Origin: Antedon mediterranea
Lineage: Eukaryota; Animalia; Echinodermata
NCBI RefSeq assembly: GCF_964355755.1
Contig: NC_092676.1
Coordinates: forward strand, 15,704,871-15,768,870
Length of the DNA: 64,000 nucleotides
Direction: 5' to 3'
The notes below the pieces were generated by a model. The model did no database searches. It saw nothing but the letters and a program-made list of their open reading frames with translations, and was not told the DNA's origin. Each line of letters starts with the position of its first letter. The first letter of the stretch is position 1. Positions 38,431 through 52,949 of this stretch are shown here, piece after piece. A program made the position numbers and the translations under genes.

Positions 38431-41400
38431 ACAACCTTTCATCTTTCAATGCCAATACACTGCCTCACTTTTAAGTGATTTACAAACACTTATATCAGAA
38501 TGAATTTAATTGTGATTCTTAATCCTAGCAAAAGTAAAAAAGATAAAAATGAAGAATTTACAACTACTATACATTAACAATGTATTTTCAATAAACTGAT
38601 GATGCTTCTAATCTGATCTGTCGGCACTGTGGTTTTGAGAGTACTGTGTTTTACTGCATCATCAACAATTTCCTCCAACCTCTTTTTTTCCTCAATCATC
38701 AAAAACATGATGAACTACAGTGTAAACACATATCAACCTATAAACAGACAAGAAGAGGAAACAAGGAAGGAAAACATCAGACAAGCTCTGGATTATGCAT
38801 TTCATAAAGTCTGCAACAAAAAAAACAAAAAACATCTTCCAAAAACTTAAAATAAAAAAAAACTGATTGAGATGTTTGTTTTTTAAAAAAGAAGACTATT
38901 CTTCTTCAAAGCACAGAAAAAGAAAGAACTGGAATAGTACCCAAAATATAGAAAAAGAAGAAACTTAATGGTGGCTACATTTACAAAGTTCAACTGCCAA
39001 CAAGGAGAATTGGAGGAGGCCTTGAAGAAACAGGATTGAAACAAGCCCTTAAAACAAGAACTTACTGTAGAACATCAGTCTGATGTCCAAGAGAACACAA
39101 AAAATACAGACGTATTTAAACCCTATCAAGAAAGTCAATTCACATTATTATGAGCTATCATCGCAGTCCATCCACATTCTAATTTTGGACACTTAAAATC
39201 TTCAGAAAGGAGGGATCATCCTGGTTTAAAGTCAGAGAATCGATCAGGATTAGAAAATCCAAAAAGGGACACAACTTGTCGTATATTTGTTATGACATCA
39301 TACTGGCCTAAAGTAAAATCAAGGGGTGGGTGGTAATGATGATCATGCAGTGAAACACAGAGCCATCAACAACACCAAGGTGACATAAGACCATACTAAA
39401 AATAACATCGGTCTATTTGAACGTTCGCAAAACATAGTACTTGCTATATTTTTACTTATTAAAATCATCCTGAAAAAAGGTGTTTTTAAATCTAATTTCA
39501 TAACATTAACAAGGGACTTAAAAGTTAAAATTTTTTAATGTAAACTTGTAGCAGTACCACCAACTAACCTGCATGATATCTGTACATGCAAAGGTATGGC
39601 AACTAGCCTCTGGTATGTTTAATTTGTATATCTACTATCCTGCATTGAACACCATTAAATACTCTTCTTGTAAAAAATCCATCCTAATTAATCATTTAAT
39701 CTTTGAAGTTGTCAATTGATGTATTTTGATGTTTTATAGTTATTTTTTGGTTTGATATGATCAACATGAGATTGCCAAAAATGAATAAAAGTGGTTGATT
39801 ACCACACAAGGGAAAAAACCCAATCCATTCCTATCCAGAACTGATAGTTCTGTCTTTTCCCTTTAATATTTTGTAATGTATCACCAAATCAATTCAGTCA
39901 GAAGCAATGTTTAGTTTTCTACTCATTGTATATCGGCCAAAAAACTATTTTCAACAGAATCCAATCTACACATGCGATTTTGCTTGCATGTGCCACATAT
40001 GATGGTTCTCTGGATCGCCCACAATCTGTTGACCACAAGGATCTCTCATAGTTCTGGATTTTACTGGCACTTGCATCCGATAAATTTGGTTAAATTCTGT
40101 CGCATTATGGTTATTTTCTAGATAATATGGGAACTACTTTAGTTATTATCAGTCTAAAGACTGCCTTCCAAAACCTCACCAACTTGTATTCTTGAAAGCT
40201 CTCTCATTGCACACAGCATACGTAAACATGAGACCGCATCAGGTAGAACTCAATTCTCATACCACCAAGTTCCTTAACTGCAAACGTAATACATTTGTAA
40301 TGTTAGTTGCTGGAACATCTTGCTCAAGGCAAAAGTAAACTGCATTCCGCACAGGCCAGTTGAATGTTTTACCACCTCTCTTTGTCACAATGTTTCTTGA
40401 TAACGATGAAGATAATGCAACAATTTCCTTGTTAAGTATTGTGTCTTTAATCCTGACACTTTGAACAATTGGACAGTAGCAATTTTTAGGCAACTCTAGC
40501 TCTGTAATACAAAAGTTTTTCTGAAAAGGTCAAGTTAAAAAATACCATTTTGATAATAGCCAAAATAAAAATTCAAAAAAATTGCATTATTATTGCATGT
40601 CTGTTGCAAAGCTTGGCCTAAATTAATTACTCCATACAATGATGCATTCTAAATGTTACAATAGCATTCAGTTCATTTGATTACTAATAGCAGTTCTTCA
40701 TTCATTGTTGAATCTTTTTGAATATATTTAATATAACTCATTCCCAAGTGTCAAAATCAAGATTACAGGGTTTGAAACTATTCGTTTTCTTTTGGCAAAT
40801 TCTACGATAAATTACACAAAGTACGAATTAACCTGTGTGACATTTATACCGCATGTACAGTACATATGATGACAACCATCACATACTTACACGACTCAAG
40901 GTGTAAAAAGCAATGTTCTGTTTCTAACCCTAAAAAGCAGTGGATACTGCACCAACATGTTGATAGTCTATAACTACTACAAAGTAGTAAATTGTTTAAG
41001 TCAATTGTTAGATAATGATTGTCTAACTCCAACATACAGTATTTCAACTGAATGCTTTTAGTGCATTGAGAAAATGATAGAAGTCTGCCTTGCATCTGGT
41101 GGAAGTATTCACTTCACAGACTCAGATTTGACAATGTTTCATAGCAAGCTCAAAACAGCATCACTGGAGTTAAGCCACACCTGCCCTTTTCCAATGAATT
41201 CAAGCCTGTTCTGTCTGGAAATCTCAAAATTGTGTATCCTGAAACAAAACATAACAATATTTGAACAGCATAGGTATAGCATCTTACAGGCAAACTTGGA
41301 AAATTTGAAAAACCAAATTTACTTGATCACATTTATCGTCTGTTCTCTTTCTTAGTTTACTGTAAACCATGTTTGTTATGTCACGTTGACTTGACCTGTG

Positions 41401-42409
41401 ATCTGACCAAGGACGACAAGTCCATTGTTCTATTGGAACTGACATTTTCTTTTTGGGAAGTGTTATCTATAGTTAGAATAGGCCCAGACACTCTCTTTTT
41501 TGTTAGACTAGCTGCAATCGGACGTCTGTACTACCTAATGTTTTATTTAATTGGAATTTTGGTCATTTGAAGAAAAATTAAGGGAAACAAAAAAATTATT
41601 CGTATATTAATTAGTATTGGGTTTAAGTAAAATCGTAGTTGCTATTTGAATAAATAGTAATTGATTATTTTATTGGTTGACTTTTGTGATATTGCTATAT
41701 TGATGAGTAAGCAGAAACTCTCATAGTAGCAACATAAAATAAGGTCATCCATGAACCTTGTTGAATAAATCCTTGATCCGGTGTTGCTGAGGTCCACCTA
41801 AGTAACACTGGATCAGCGGAGCATCTACATGATGAGAAAAATCGCCCCATAAGCGTTCACAGGATGAATTCATGCCTATTGGCAAACAGCCTTTCTAAAG
41901 TTTGGTTAAGTTTGAAAATCCTCTCACTAAAGCGACCACCCACTACGGTCGACGATCGTTTAAGTATTTTACAAATCATCACGAGTTTACAACCTTTTCC
42001 GCATAGCAGGAAGTTGACTAAGCATGGGACTATGTAGCAATTGTCTCAGTCAGCCAGGTCGCTTTCACCAGTTGTATAATTGCAACCTCTAGCAATTCAG
42101 GCCAAGCAATAAGAAAGATGGGTAGTGATGAATTTTAAGACTCCCTCTGTAGCTAATAACAAAGTTGTGTAGCCTCCGAATAAAGGAGCTCGAGCGCCTG
42201 AAATGGCGTATTGTAATATACGTATATTACAGTTGAATAATAGTCAATTTTTACGGACATGAGAAACAGGTCTGACCACATAGCTCCCTCTATTGAAAAC
42301 TATGATAGAAGGAATTCCTTTGAAAATTTAGATTATTATACAGTACTACTAGTCTCACAATACTTTTGAATAAATTATCCAGTTTTAAAAAAATTGTTCA
42401 TTCTGAAAA

Positions 42410-43270
42410 TTCATTGTCAAAAGGAACTTCATCATCTATAAATCCTGTGTAGTTCTCACTCTCCTCTGGATATCTGTCTCTAATCTTCCACACACAAAAA
42501 GCTGGAATTGCTCTTCTATCTCCTTTGCTGAGTTTTAAATATATACCCACCAGATGTAACAACGATATGCTATATATCTATATGTTCTGTAAATGAAGCA
42601 GAATAACTGTGTAAGCATAGTGAATAGGCTATAGTAATGTTACTGGCATATTCACTTGTCAAAAGGAAATTCATCATCTGTAAATCCTGTGTAGTTCTCA
42701 CTCTCCTCAGAATATTTGTCTCTAATCTTCCACACACAAAAAGCTGGAATTGCTCTTCTATCTCCTTTGCTGAGTTTTAAATATATACCCACAAGATGTA
42801 ACAACGATATGCTATATATCTATAATGTTCTGTAAATGAAGCAGAATAACTGTGTAAGCATAGTGAATAGGCTTAGTAATGTTACTGGCATATTCACTTG
42901 TCAAAAGGAACTTGGGACTAGTGTAGTATTGTTTTCTGTTGATTATTTAGTTTATTTTGTGAGAACAGGCTTGCCTAGTTAACAATAACATTTATTATTG
43001 TCTCCTACTTCTCCTAAGGAATCGTTTATGATTTAGTTTATACCATTCTTTGAATAATCAGGAAAGGATTCTGAATTGAATAAGGAAATTGTTATTCCCT
43101 ATTTCACAGTCCTCATCGGCACCAAGTCATCCTACGAAGTCGCCACTCTGCTGCTGCATGACGCACAGTGGGCTGCCTTGGTGTATTTACATTACTGCCT
43201 TCTATAGGCCTAGCTTCTGGCTTGAATGCATAGCCACGTCTTGTAGCTTTCGCTAAATTTGACATACTAT
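42410..43270 (-). pseudogene. P2X7 ballast-like (Kolobok accessory-protein-type) relic; last exon duplicated with 242-bp period
   Basis: TYRYIAYRCYIWWVY / LSKGDRRAIPAFCVWKIRDRYPEESENYTGF; upstream MSNL..GYAFKPE. Confidence 0.7.
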
Positions 43271-44559
43271 ATGCCCATATTTTATTGTTAATGCTTTTAA
43301 AATAAAAAAAAACGATGTTGGAACACTTTACTGTATACGGCTGCGGTAGTTATAAATATAAAGATTTCAATAATTTCTAGAAAGCGTTGTGTGACAAAAA
43401 CATGGAAAGAAAACAAAGAACCGGCGCAATGACACATGACCAGAAAATCATGTGATCGTTTAACTCCTAATAGCTACTGTCCATCGACAACTATCCTGCT
43501 CCCAATGTGTACATATAAATCCAAAGATATTGAATGGAAAAGCAGGGAAAATAAACTTGCAATGTTGGTATAAAAATGAAATAGTTTTCATAATAAATGG
43601 TCTGCTTGACATTTGGTGTACTGTAGATGGGTTTGTAATGTTAGACAATTTTCAGTCTCATTCAAGGTGAATGTCTGCTTTGATAAAGTTGAATAAATTC
43701 ATTTTTTAATAAATAGGGTGTTTATGATACAGGTAAATTATTGCATTCTCTACTAACAAAGGATTTCAATAACTTATTTCCAATCATGCAAAAGCTAAAC
43801 TTCAGTTTTGAATAGATGGAATGTTCATAGGTCTTGTTTCATTCTTATTGTGTACATTGTATTGTTTGGATAGCTAAGTGCAGGGATTATTGTATTAATG
43901 TTGATGTTAGTCAAATTATTTGTATTTTTCTTGTTCTTTTGTTGTAGTAATTAGTCCAAGAGGAATGAATAATATTTTATTAACTCACAGATTGAATAAT
44001 GACTTAAAGGGTGGCCAAATGGCTAGACTTCCATGAATCTAAGTGGTTGGGATAACAGTCGCATGATTTTCGTCTGCGTAATTCACAAGTCTTGTTGGGG
44101 TGTCTGCAACAATTATAACAAAAAAAATTCATCAGAAAGTATGATTATTAAAGAATGATTACCATATTATTATTAGGAGCATTATTTGCAACTGCCAAAG
44201 AATAGGCCAATTGGCAAAGAACATGTATGGTAATGGCATAACAAATAGCTGCTGCTTTTTTAGCATACTCAAGTATATTTTGTTTGAGGTCAGCTTTGAG
44301 CACCATGTTATCCAGACTGGTGTTTGTCTTGTATTTTGTTTTAAGAGTGTACAATAATTGACATTGTTTATTTGCCTTTGTACACTTATAAGAGATGGGA
44401 AGACCGGGGATGGTTGTCACATTTTTTCAGTTTTTGTTAATTTTTTAATTAGTGTGATCATTTTAATTTGTTTTACTTGGTTTTGTTGAAGTACAACATC
44501 TTATGCATATAATTACTGAATTTTACTTATATAACTCCAATTGAAATATGATATTTTTG

Positions 44560-46380
44560 CGGTCAACCGAGACAACCAGCCCCATTCTGGGGGTCGTCGC
44601 AACATATGGGGCAGGTTGTCGCAATGTATTTTAATGATTATTTAACAGAAAACTATGACACATTTATTTTTTACATCAAAACAAACATTTAATCAGTAAC
44701 TATTAACAGTGCCGCCATAAATACTACATTAAAACATGTTTTTTTTTTTCAAACAGTCCTAATCTGAACCACTAGACTCACAATTGTGACAAACATACAC
44801 GGCTAAGCCTGTTGTGCAATCTTCATGAGCCCACATTTTGCAATCTAAGCATTGGACCCAAACTTCTTTAGACCTACTGTTAGAATATGGCTCCATACAT
44901 ACAAGACAAAAGTTGTCATTATCTTCTTCAGAAGATGATTCATTAATTATATCCTTCACAGGCTGCTTTTTTAGCCTTTTACTTTACGCGACACATCTTT
45001 AAAAATTTTTTTTTAAACAGACTTTTTAAAATTTTATTGTTTTTTACAGTAGCTACTAAGTCTTTTGCTCTTTTTTTCCTCAACTGTTTTTTTGAAAGGC
45101 GTATTTGTCGCGTTTGCGACTTTTTAGAGCCTTTGTTTCTTGGTCCGTGGTGGTGGTCATAGCTCTTCAGGGGTGCTGCTTTTGGCAGTGACAATTACAC
45201 CACTGTGTCCCGGTATGGTACTAGGTCAAGGTTTATCTTCATGCACTACTTCAGTATCCTTTACTGGCATTGGTGGGCCATTTAACGGCACAGGAAGGTC
45301 ATTTAATGGCATTGGCAGGTCATTTACTGGCATTAGAAGGTTATCCTCTGCCATTGGTTCATCATCTTCAGGCACTGGAGCCTTATTTTCAGGCATTGGA
45401 CGGTCAGTAACATATGATGGTGCAAATGCTGATTCTGGAAATATATCTCTGTTGTAGGGAAATACCGCAGTTGCTTTGAAGCCAGCCTGTATGTTGTTTG
45501 GTGTTGCAGCAAGAGGATAAGCAGTTGCTACAATTCCAGGAATTTCATATGGTAATTGTTTTTCCTGGGTAGTTGAATATCTAACCGGTTTATAAACCGG
45601 CCGTTGTTGTTGATCGTGTAAAATCGGTCAGTTTTATAATAAATACTGTACTTTGATCATCATGAGGTACAAAGTTCATTAATTCGGTTAAACGTCGGTT
45701 TGTGAATTGATGATCGACGATTTTAACGTGTTTTGACGATTTTGCATGATCAACCAAGGCTGCTAAGCCTTTCGATCCGTAGTTGTGTTTCGTCTCGCAT
45801 GCCTGGCACCAAACCATTCCGGCGGTATCGATCTTTTTAAAAATATCGCCTAGCTTGTAGGACTTATGACTGTTTAGAGTCTTTGTTTCTTGGTCCGGCT
45901 TTTGGAAGTGGTCGTAGCTCTTCAGGGGTGCTGCTTTTGGCAGTGAAAATTACACCACTGGGTCCCGGTATGGTACTAGGTCAAGGTTTATCTTCATGCA
46001 CTACTTCAGTATCCTTTACTGGCATTGGCGGGCCATTTAACGGCACTGGAAGGTCATTTAATGGCATTGGCAGGTCATTTACTGGCATTGACAGGTTATT
46101 TAACGACATTGGCGGGTCATTTAATGACATTAGAAGGTTATCCTCTGCCATTGGTTCATCATCTTCAGGCACTGCTGGCTTCTGAACAGTGGGCACGCCA
46201 GTTTCCTCCATGTTCCATATGTCTGCAGGCCAAAGTTAAGTCGAGTTAGAACAGTTGAGAGGTGATTAAAGAACGTGGCAACATTTGTTTTGTTAAAACT
46301 GCTGGCTTGTGCCAAACTTGTTGCTTGTGGTCTGTGAATTGATAGGTATGAATGTCTTTTCAAAAATCCGGTTAACCACT
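44560..46380 (-). mobile_element. Rearranged pogo/Tigger-like element with C-terminal PHD finger
   Basis: [75 protein letters not shown]; DDE core deleted; about 45128-45380 duplicated at 45878-46178 with a 21-bp minisatellite. Confidence 0.75.
45575..45880 (-). mobile_element. BED-like zinc-finger fragment of a hAT-type transposase
   Basis: WCQAC..NYGSKGLAALVDHAKSSKH. Confidence 0.5.
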
Positions 46381-48843
46381 CGTGACGTAAATTTATATTC
46401 CAAACATTTCTACCAAAGGAAATTGTTAAACTCTCTTTAAGAAAAAATGGCTGTATTTGTTTGAGAAAAGCGAATGAATTCTAAAATAGCAGCCATTTTC
46501 CGGCAATAGCCTTACAGCACCAGATGGCTTAAAATGACGTCATGGCATTAGTCGTAGGGGAACCAGACTGCTTTTAATAAAACTTTCAAGGTCAGACTAG
46601 ACTGCATTACAGTATTTATGTTGTTTAATTTCAAATTCCATTTATTATTGTTATTAATTAATAAATATTAATTCACAATGCACAATCTATCACTGCAATC
46701 ATCACACCACAAATTCTTCAAAAAACTAAATAGTATTGGCATAAATACTTTCAAGGTTTATAGTGCATATAAAAAAATACTACTTTTGGTACGGCTTTAT
46801 ACTATTCTAATGCAAACAAATCTAATTATTATAATAATATTAATAACTTTCAAGGTTTTCAAATATATCATATAGGTCTATAAATTATTTACATAGCACA
46901 CATATTAAACTTGAATATAAATTGGTGTAGTAAATGCACATAAAAGTTGGTTCCCTACAGTATGCAGACATTCTGGCTTGGTACGGTATGCTGACTAATT
47001 TAGGTACTTGGTTAAAATCCTAAAATTATCAAACACTGGCATCCAAACTTGTAAATAAAAAGAAAAGAAACAAAAGGAAATTAATTATGTTAATCAATAT
47101 TACTCAACAAAAGACAAAATGGAATACATTTTTGATCAAGTACACACATGCCCACTTTACTAAACTGAAACCAGCCACCTGCTGAAATTTCATTAAAAAA
47201 AATGTGCGACTAATCTTCTAATTCAGAATCAGATTCTGATAGACTATCTACATCAGAAACATCAGATTCAGATTCTTCACCAAGTTCAACTGAACTGGAA
47301 GACATATTACTTTTTGGCAAGTTAGTACAATCTTTACAGGCACATGCCCTATCTGATAAGAAGCTTTTGCATCGTCTGGAATTGCAAGCAGTTTACACTT
47401 ACAACCCAGTTTAAGGTACTTTACATATTTCCTTTACTTTCTCCATGTTATCTTCAGTATCCCACTGTATTGAGATCATTAACCATAATTAGCCATTATT
47501 AGCAGTGACTGTCAACTGCATGTGACCATAAACTGCAACATAACACCTACGGTAAGCCAATGAAATTTTAAAGCCAATGAAGTAGGCATCCAGCTAGACT
47601 CTGTAGATATCCATGGAAATTTGTCCTAATCTTAATTTCATCTACGAATGCAATAAGTCCATCTAGACCGTCACCATGATCCTTAACTATACTATCAAAC
47701 AAATCGGTCGGACTTTGACCTGACTAAGAGTAGTGACCGCCTCGCCGTGTAACTTTGAGTAGGCTACCTGCCGACGAAGGCACGCTATCTGAAGTTTTTG
47801 GTCTGCTATCTCGCCATTTTTTTTTGTGAACAGTAACTTTCCTAGGTGTGAACATCTTTAAGTTTGTCTTTTTCCTAACTATTTTCTTTGAATTTGGATC
47901 AGCCAGAAAAACACAAGATGTATATGAAATAAATTCACTATATCCTGAATCATAGTAGGACAGAAGGTCTTTACTAACGTTAGCTGATGGAATGCTAAAA
48001 GTACATAAGTGACAAATATTCTGTGCATCTACTGAATCAACATGTAGAGCAGATTCCTTCATTTTAGCCATATACGCCTGAATATTACTACTTACACTTT
48101 TCATAATGCTAGGGGACATATCTGTGATTGTTGACTAGAATTACTAACTGACTTTGAATATTTGCCAATATGTTGGCACGGAAAGGTAATGAATGAACTT
48201 GAGTGGTATGCTCTCCCATACTATTTAATGTCATAGCCATCTTAACTTTCTTATTTATGACCATCTCATGAGCTTCATCAAAAGCCACACTAGCAAAACT
48301 AGTACCAGAAATACTAACTGAAAATGCACTTTTATTAAAATAATCTAGAATTTCAAGTGGGAAACATTTCAATTCTGCCAATGATGCAGGACCAAACGCA
48401 AGTATAGATGTCTATCTAAAGCAAAATAAATTGGTGCAAGATTGAGAATGCACATGTTGTGCAAACTGAAGTTCCTACTTCTAATAGATAAATATATGCC
48501 CACATAAGCCAACATATCGCGTCTTGTGAAGTTATTCCAAAAACGAAATGTTGCATCCTTATTAGCTTTAGTTCTACAGAACTCAAATCAAATTTATCCA
48601 CTAAAGATGATACAGCTGAACCTACTGAAGTTAGCTCAGCCTTTGACAACACATTAATATTCTCAAGATTTCTAGATAGTTTTATACACTCAACTACCGT
48701 GGCCTCTACAGTCGACGGTTGATCGTGTAGAAACTGTCCTAACTGAGTTCCATACAGTATATAGCTTCCTAGGTTTGTAACAAAAAAATGTTTGTTGCGC
48801 CATGATGGAATAAACCTAATAAGTTCTTGAGACCCGCATCTGG

Positions 48844-50647
48844 GACCCCATTTACACTTACGATTTAGGTCCAGGGCCGGTCCTGGGCCGGTAGCAAATA
48901 TTTACCTTTTAGGCCGGCCCAGAGCGTTTACACTAGCGACACAGATTACTGGTCGGAAGTACCATTGCTTGCTGGGGTACGAAGTACAGTTTGTTTACAT
49001 TTTTCTCTCTCGATGGTCAATTCAACTTTCCGCGCGAAGCGACCGTTTTATATTTATACTGTATTGTTGTTTTTTGTCCCGTTAAAAACAAAATGAACCC
49101 CACTGTTTTATATATAATATGGCTGTATTTTATGTATATGCGAAACAAGCGGAGGAATACTTTATTGAAAGAAGTCACAGATGAGGATAATGAAGAGGAG
49201 GTTCTTTTTACAAAATATCAAGATCGTGTTCAAAAGAGTAGAAGACGTTTTCTGAGAGAGGTTGACAGGCGCTCAAGGGAGTATCGCCGTGCTAGGCTAG
49301 GCCGGTGGGTACACTTTTTTTTTTTTCCTGCTTGCCCCACTCTTTTTATTATTATCAGCCACCTTCTTGTAGTCCGCTTTTAATTTTTTCATTTTCCTTT
49401 GCACTTGCAGTGCGTTCCGAACAATCCCACTTTCACGTAGGAGCTTGTCGGAAATAATTCGATAGACGCCAGCGTTTCGGACGCTACCGTTTGGGCCTGT
49501 ATTTTTTCCTCGGCCCAAATCCCGAGCAACCCAAGTACCTCCTCGTATGTCCAAGTATTTACACTTATTGCCGACCCAGGGCCGGCCTAAATCGTAAGTG
49601 TAAATGGGGTCTAAGTATAGCTTCATTAAAGGAGCTTGAGTGTTCTGTAACAAATGCCAGTCGCCTATAAATGGAAGCATCCAACTAAGTGCATCACCAT
49701 ACTCGGTCTTACATTAAAATGGCATATATTTTTCCATCACTAATTACTACTACAAGTTTTGACAACCTGGAACCTACTTGATACTTATCATACAAAAGGT
49801 CAAGAATATGTTTCATTGTATCTTTGTTGTCTGTAGGCAAATCCAAAATTGAGACCATTTCAAAGTTTGATTTAGAAGTTTCCTTTGAGCTATTGGCAAA
49901 TAAAACACCTTTAAGGCTAGGCAAACATACATCGGGATGTTTGTTGTGCATGCATTGTTTGGAAAGCATGTAGTAAAATATGTTCCAGGTTGTTGATGTT
50001 GACGCCGGCGGGAACAGACAATTTCCGGCGAGTTCATTTCAGGCCTGGACCCAAGTATTGTGTCCAGTTCCTCGAAATGCTTGCACGTTTTCCTGCTTGC
50101 CCCACTCTTTTTATTATTATCAGCCACCTTCTTGTAGTCCGCTTTTAATTTTTTCATTTTCCTTTGCACTTGCAGTGCGTTCCGAACAATCCCACTTTCA
50201 CGTAGGAGCTTGTCGGAAATAATTCGATAGACGCCAGCGTTTCGGACGCTACCGTCCATTTGGGCCTGTATTTTTTCCTCGGCCCAAATCCCGAGCAACC
50301 CAAGTACCTCCTCGTATGTCCAATTGGAACCACGATTTTCAGACATCTTATAAAAATTGGTACAAATAAATTTAACTATATAAACGATGAAGAAAACAAA
50401 TTGTCGCGCGAAAAGGAGAAAGGTATGTACCGAGAATGTCGGATCGTCATAACAACAACCTCATAAAAAGGTCAAACGTTGTTCACGGTTCACTGCGTAT
50501 GCCGGCCCAAAATGTAAAAGCCGCTCCTGAACCTATCTGGAGAGGTGGCCCAGATCTGCGTCTGGCCCAGGGCCGGCCTAACTTTTTGGAGTATTTACAC
50601 TTATTGGCGACCCAGGGCCGGCCTAAATCGTAAGTGTAAATGGGGTC
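48844..50647. mobile_element. Deleted and partly duplicated PIF/Harbinger element inside the Academ-like relic
   Basis: Left TIR GACCCCATTTACACTTACGATTTAGG; matching right TIRs end at 49611 and 50647, each followed by TAA; convergent transposase N-terminal stub (+, RLGRWV) and Myb/SANT gene (-). Confidence 0.8.
49985..50346 (-). CDS. Myb/SANT-like (trihelix) DNA-binding protein of the Harbinger, 3'-truncated
   Basis: NWTYEEVLGLLGIWAE..RNAGVY..Q..RKMKKLKADYKK..SG..HFEELDTILG.RP. Confidence 0.75.
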
Positions 50648-52949
50648 TAATTATAGCTTCATTAAAGGAGCTTGAGTGTTCTTTAACAAATGCCAGTCGC
50701 CTATAAATGGAAGCATCCAACTAAGTGCATCACCATACTCGGTCTTACATTAAAATGGCATATATTTTTCCATCACTTACTACTACAAGTTTTGACAACC
50801 TGGAACCTACTTGATACTTATCATACAAAAGGTCAAGAATATGTTTCATTGTATCTTTGTTGTCTGTAGGCAAATCCAAAATTGAGACCATTTCAAAGTT
50901 TGATTTAGAAGTTTCCTTTGAGCTATTGGCAAATAAAACATCTTTAAGGCTAGGCAAACATACATCGGGATGTTTGTTGTGCATGCATTGTTTGGAAAGC
51001 ATGTAGTAAAATATGTTTTCTTCCAACTTAGTAAGTTCTACTTTTTCAGAAACAGCTCACTAAAGTCTACTATAGCTAATGGAAACCTACCCCTGTACTG
51101 TTGCCTTGTCAAACTACGGACTAGCTTCGTTACTTGTAAACACTAGATGGTACCTGCCTATGTTTTTTGGAAGCAGAAACTGATCATGGTGTATTTAAAG
51201 TGACTCTACATGTTGTACAGATTTGCCATGAAACCCTCTACCACTTTGACCTACATTAACAGCAGAATACCTTGTGTTTTTGTCAATATTGTCAGCAGAA
51301 ACAACACAGACACTATTGAATACAATCTTTTCCTTCCTACAAATTTCAGACTTGACTATATCCGTCTGAAATCATCTAAAAGTATCTTTCGAAACTGTCA
51401 AACCTAGCCTAGAAAAGTATGAGTGTATTTGTCAATTGCAACAGCAGTTATAAGATGTAAAGGTGAATAACTGCGTTCATTTTGAATATACATAAGCGAG
51501 AAAATTGTAAACAATCGTTTGTACAATTGGTTACTCTCTCTACATTGCATATATGGAGTATCCCATGAAAAAGGCATACCGGTGATCAATGATTTGTATT
51601 CATCTTTTCTCAAACTAACTATAAAGTTCCAAGGAAGTAGATCAACTTGTGAAAGCAGTGAATCTAGATCTAATTTCTCTATAGTATTTGCCTGACGTGT
51701 AGAAACAATACTGTCAATTTGTGAACTTAAACGTTCTCTAATGTCATCTGCAACTATCTGAGAATTTGGTATGGGCCGGTTCACGTGTGTTTGTTTTAGT
51801 TTGCACTTTCGTTAACTCATTGTGTAGTTGGTTTATATCTTTATCGAATATTGTCCTATGAATAATTCCAAATTTGTATCCAAACGCCTAATCATGCACA
51901 AATATGCAGTTGACAAAGAAAGTAGTAATGCAATAATTGATCTTTACTGAAAGGTTTGACAACTGCAACTAAACCATCTTCAAACGTAATTAAACTTTCT
52001 CTAAACAACTCTCCAAACTTTTTATAAACCAAATTCAAAAGTACTGCCTTGCCTGAATTAAGCTTATCTCCAGCAAATAACATCACACGAGAAATACTTG
52101 TCACGATATTACTGCCAGACACAAACACAAACTAGTAATAATAATATGTTTAAATGATTTAATAGTCCAACAAATACAGTTCGTTTCAAACGGATATAAT
52201 CAACGCAAAATAACAGTCCACGTGACTCTGTCCGTGTACTTCGGCGTTCACAATGAATTGTTCCACAGTGTTCCAATACTGGGATGATCACTAGAAGACT
52301 TTATCTTCGACGTGCCTCTACACTACTTCTTATTACAAATAACTTTATACGGAGATCAGCTTCTTCTCCGACCATCTATAGTAACATAAAACATGCATTT
52401 TCTAATCTTTACGATTCCATAAGTAAAACGCAATTATACTAATAAATAGTTTACAATTATTCTTATAACGATAGTAGTACTCACGGTCGTTATTTCCCCA
52501 CTTGGGCTTATTGAGTTCAGTTTTAACGTGTAGCATTAGCTACCTTTTATCTACGTATTCGGAATAATGTGCCTTAGCTAAGGTGTACATCAACACTCTC
52601 CTAGCCCACATCTATTCTCTACGCCCAGAACTGTGCAACTGCTAATCTAAACCCGTGGTAGAACATTCTATCATGCTAATTTGCATAACAAGTGATACCG
52701 TGTGTGCAAGTGAGTATCCAATCACAGACTACCACTTGGTACATACAGAAATATAAAGCGTGTTCTGCACTGATGAACTTCTATTGTATTGTAAAAAAGA
52801 TCGTAAGGTAACTGAAAAACATAAATCTAACTTATCTCGTGACAATACTAAACTTTACTAAATAATACATAATAATAATAATACTAAATCCTCCTTTCCT
52901 AGACACTGAACATTCCTGATTTCTACTAACAAATCTTTAAGTTTTTGAC

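Larger units (their letters stand above)
47230..52330 (-). mobile_element. Large decayed DNA transposon, probably Academ-like
   Basis: SADNIDKN, VVSDGKIY, PFIGDWHLL.N, VAFDEAHEMVINK, WMPTSLALKFHW, QWD, Cys-rich end CACKDCTN then acidic tail. Confidence 0.5.
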
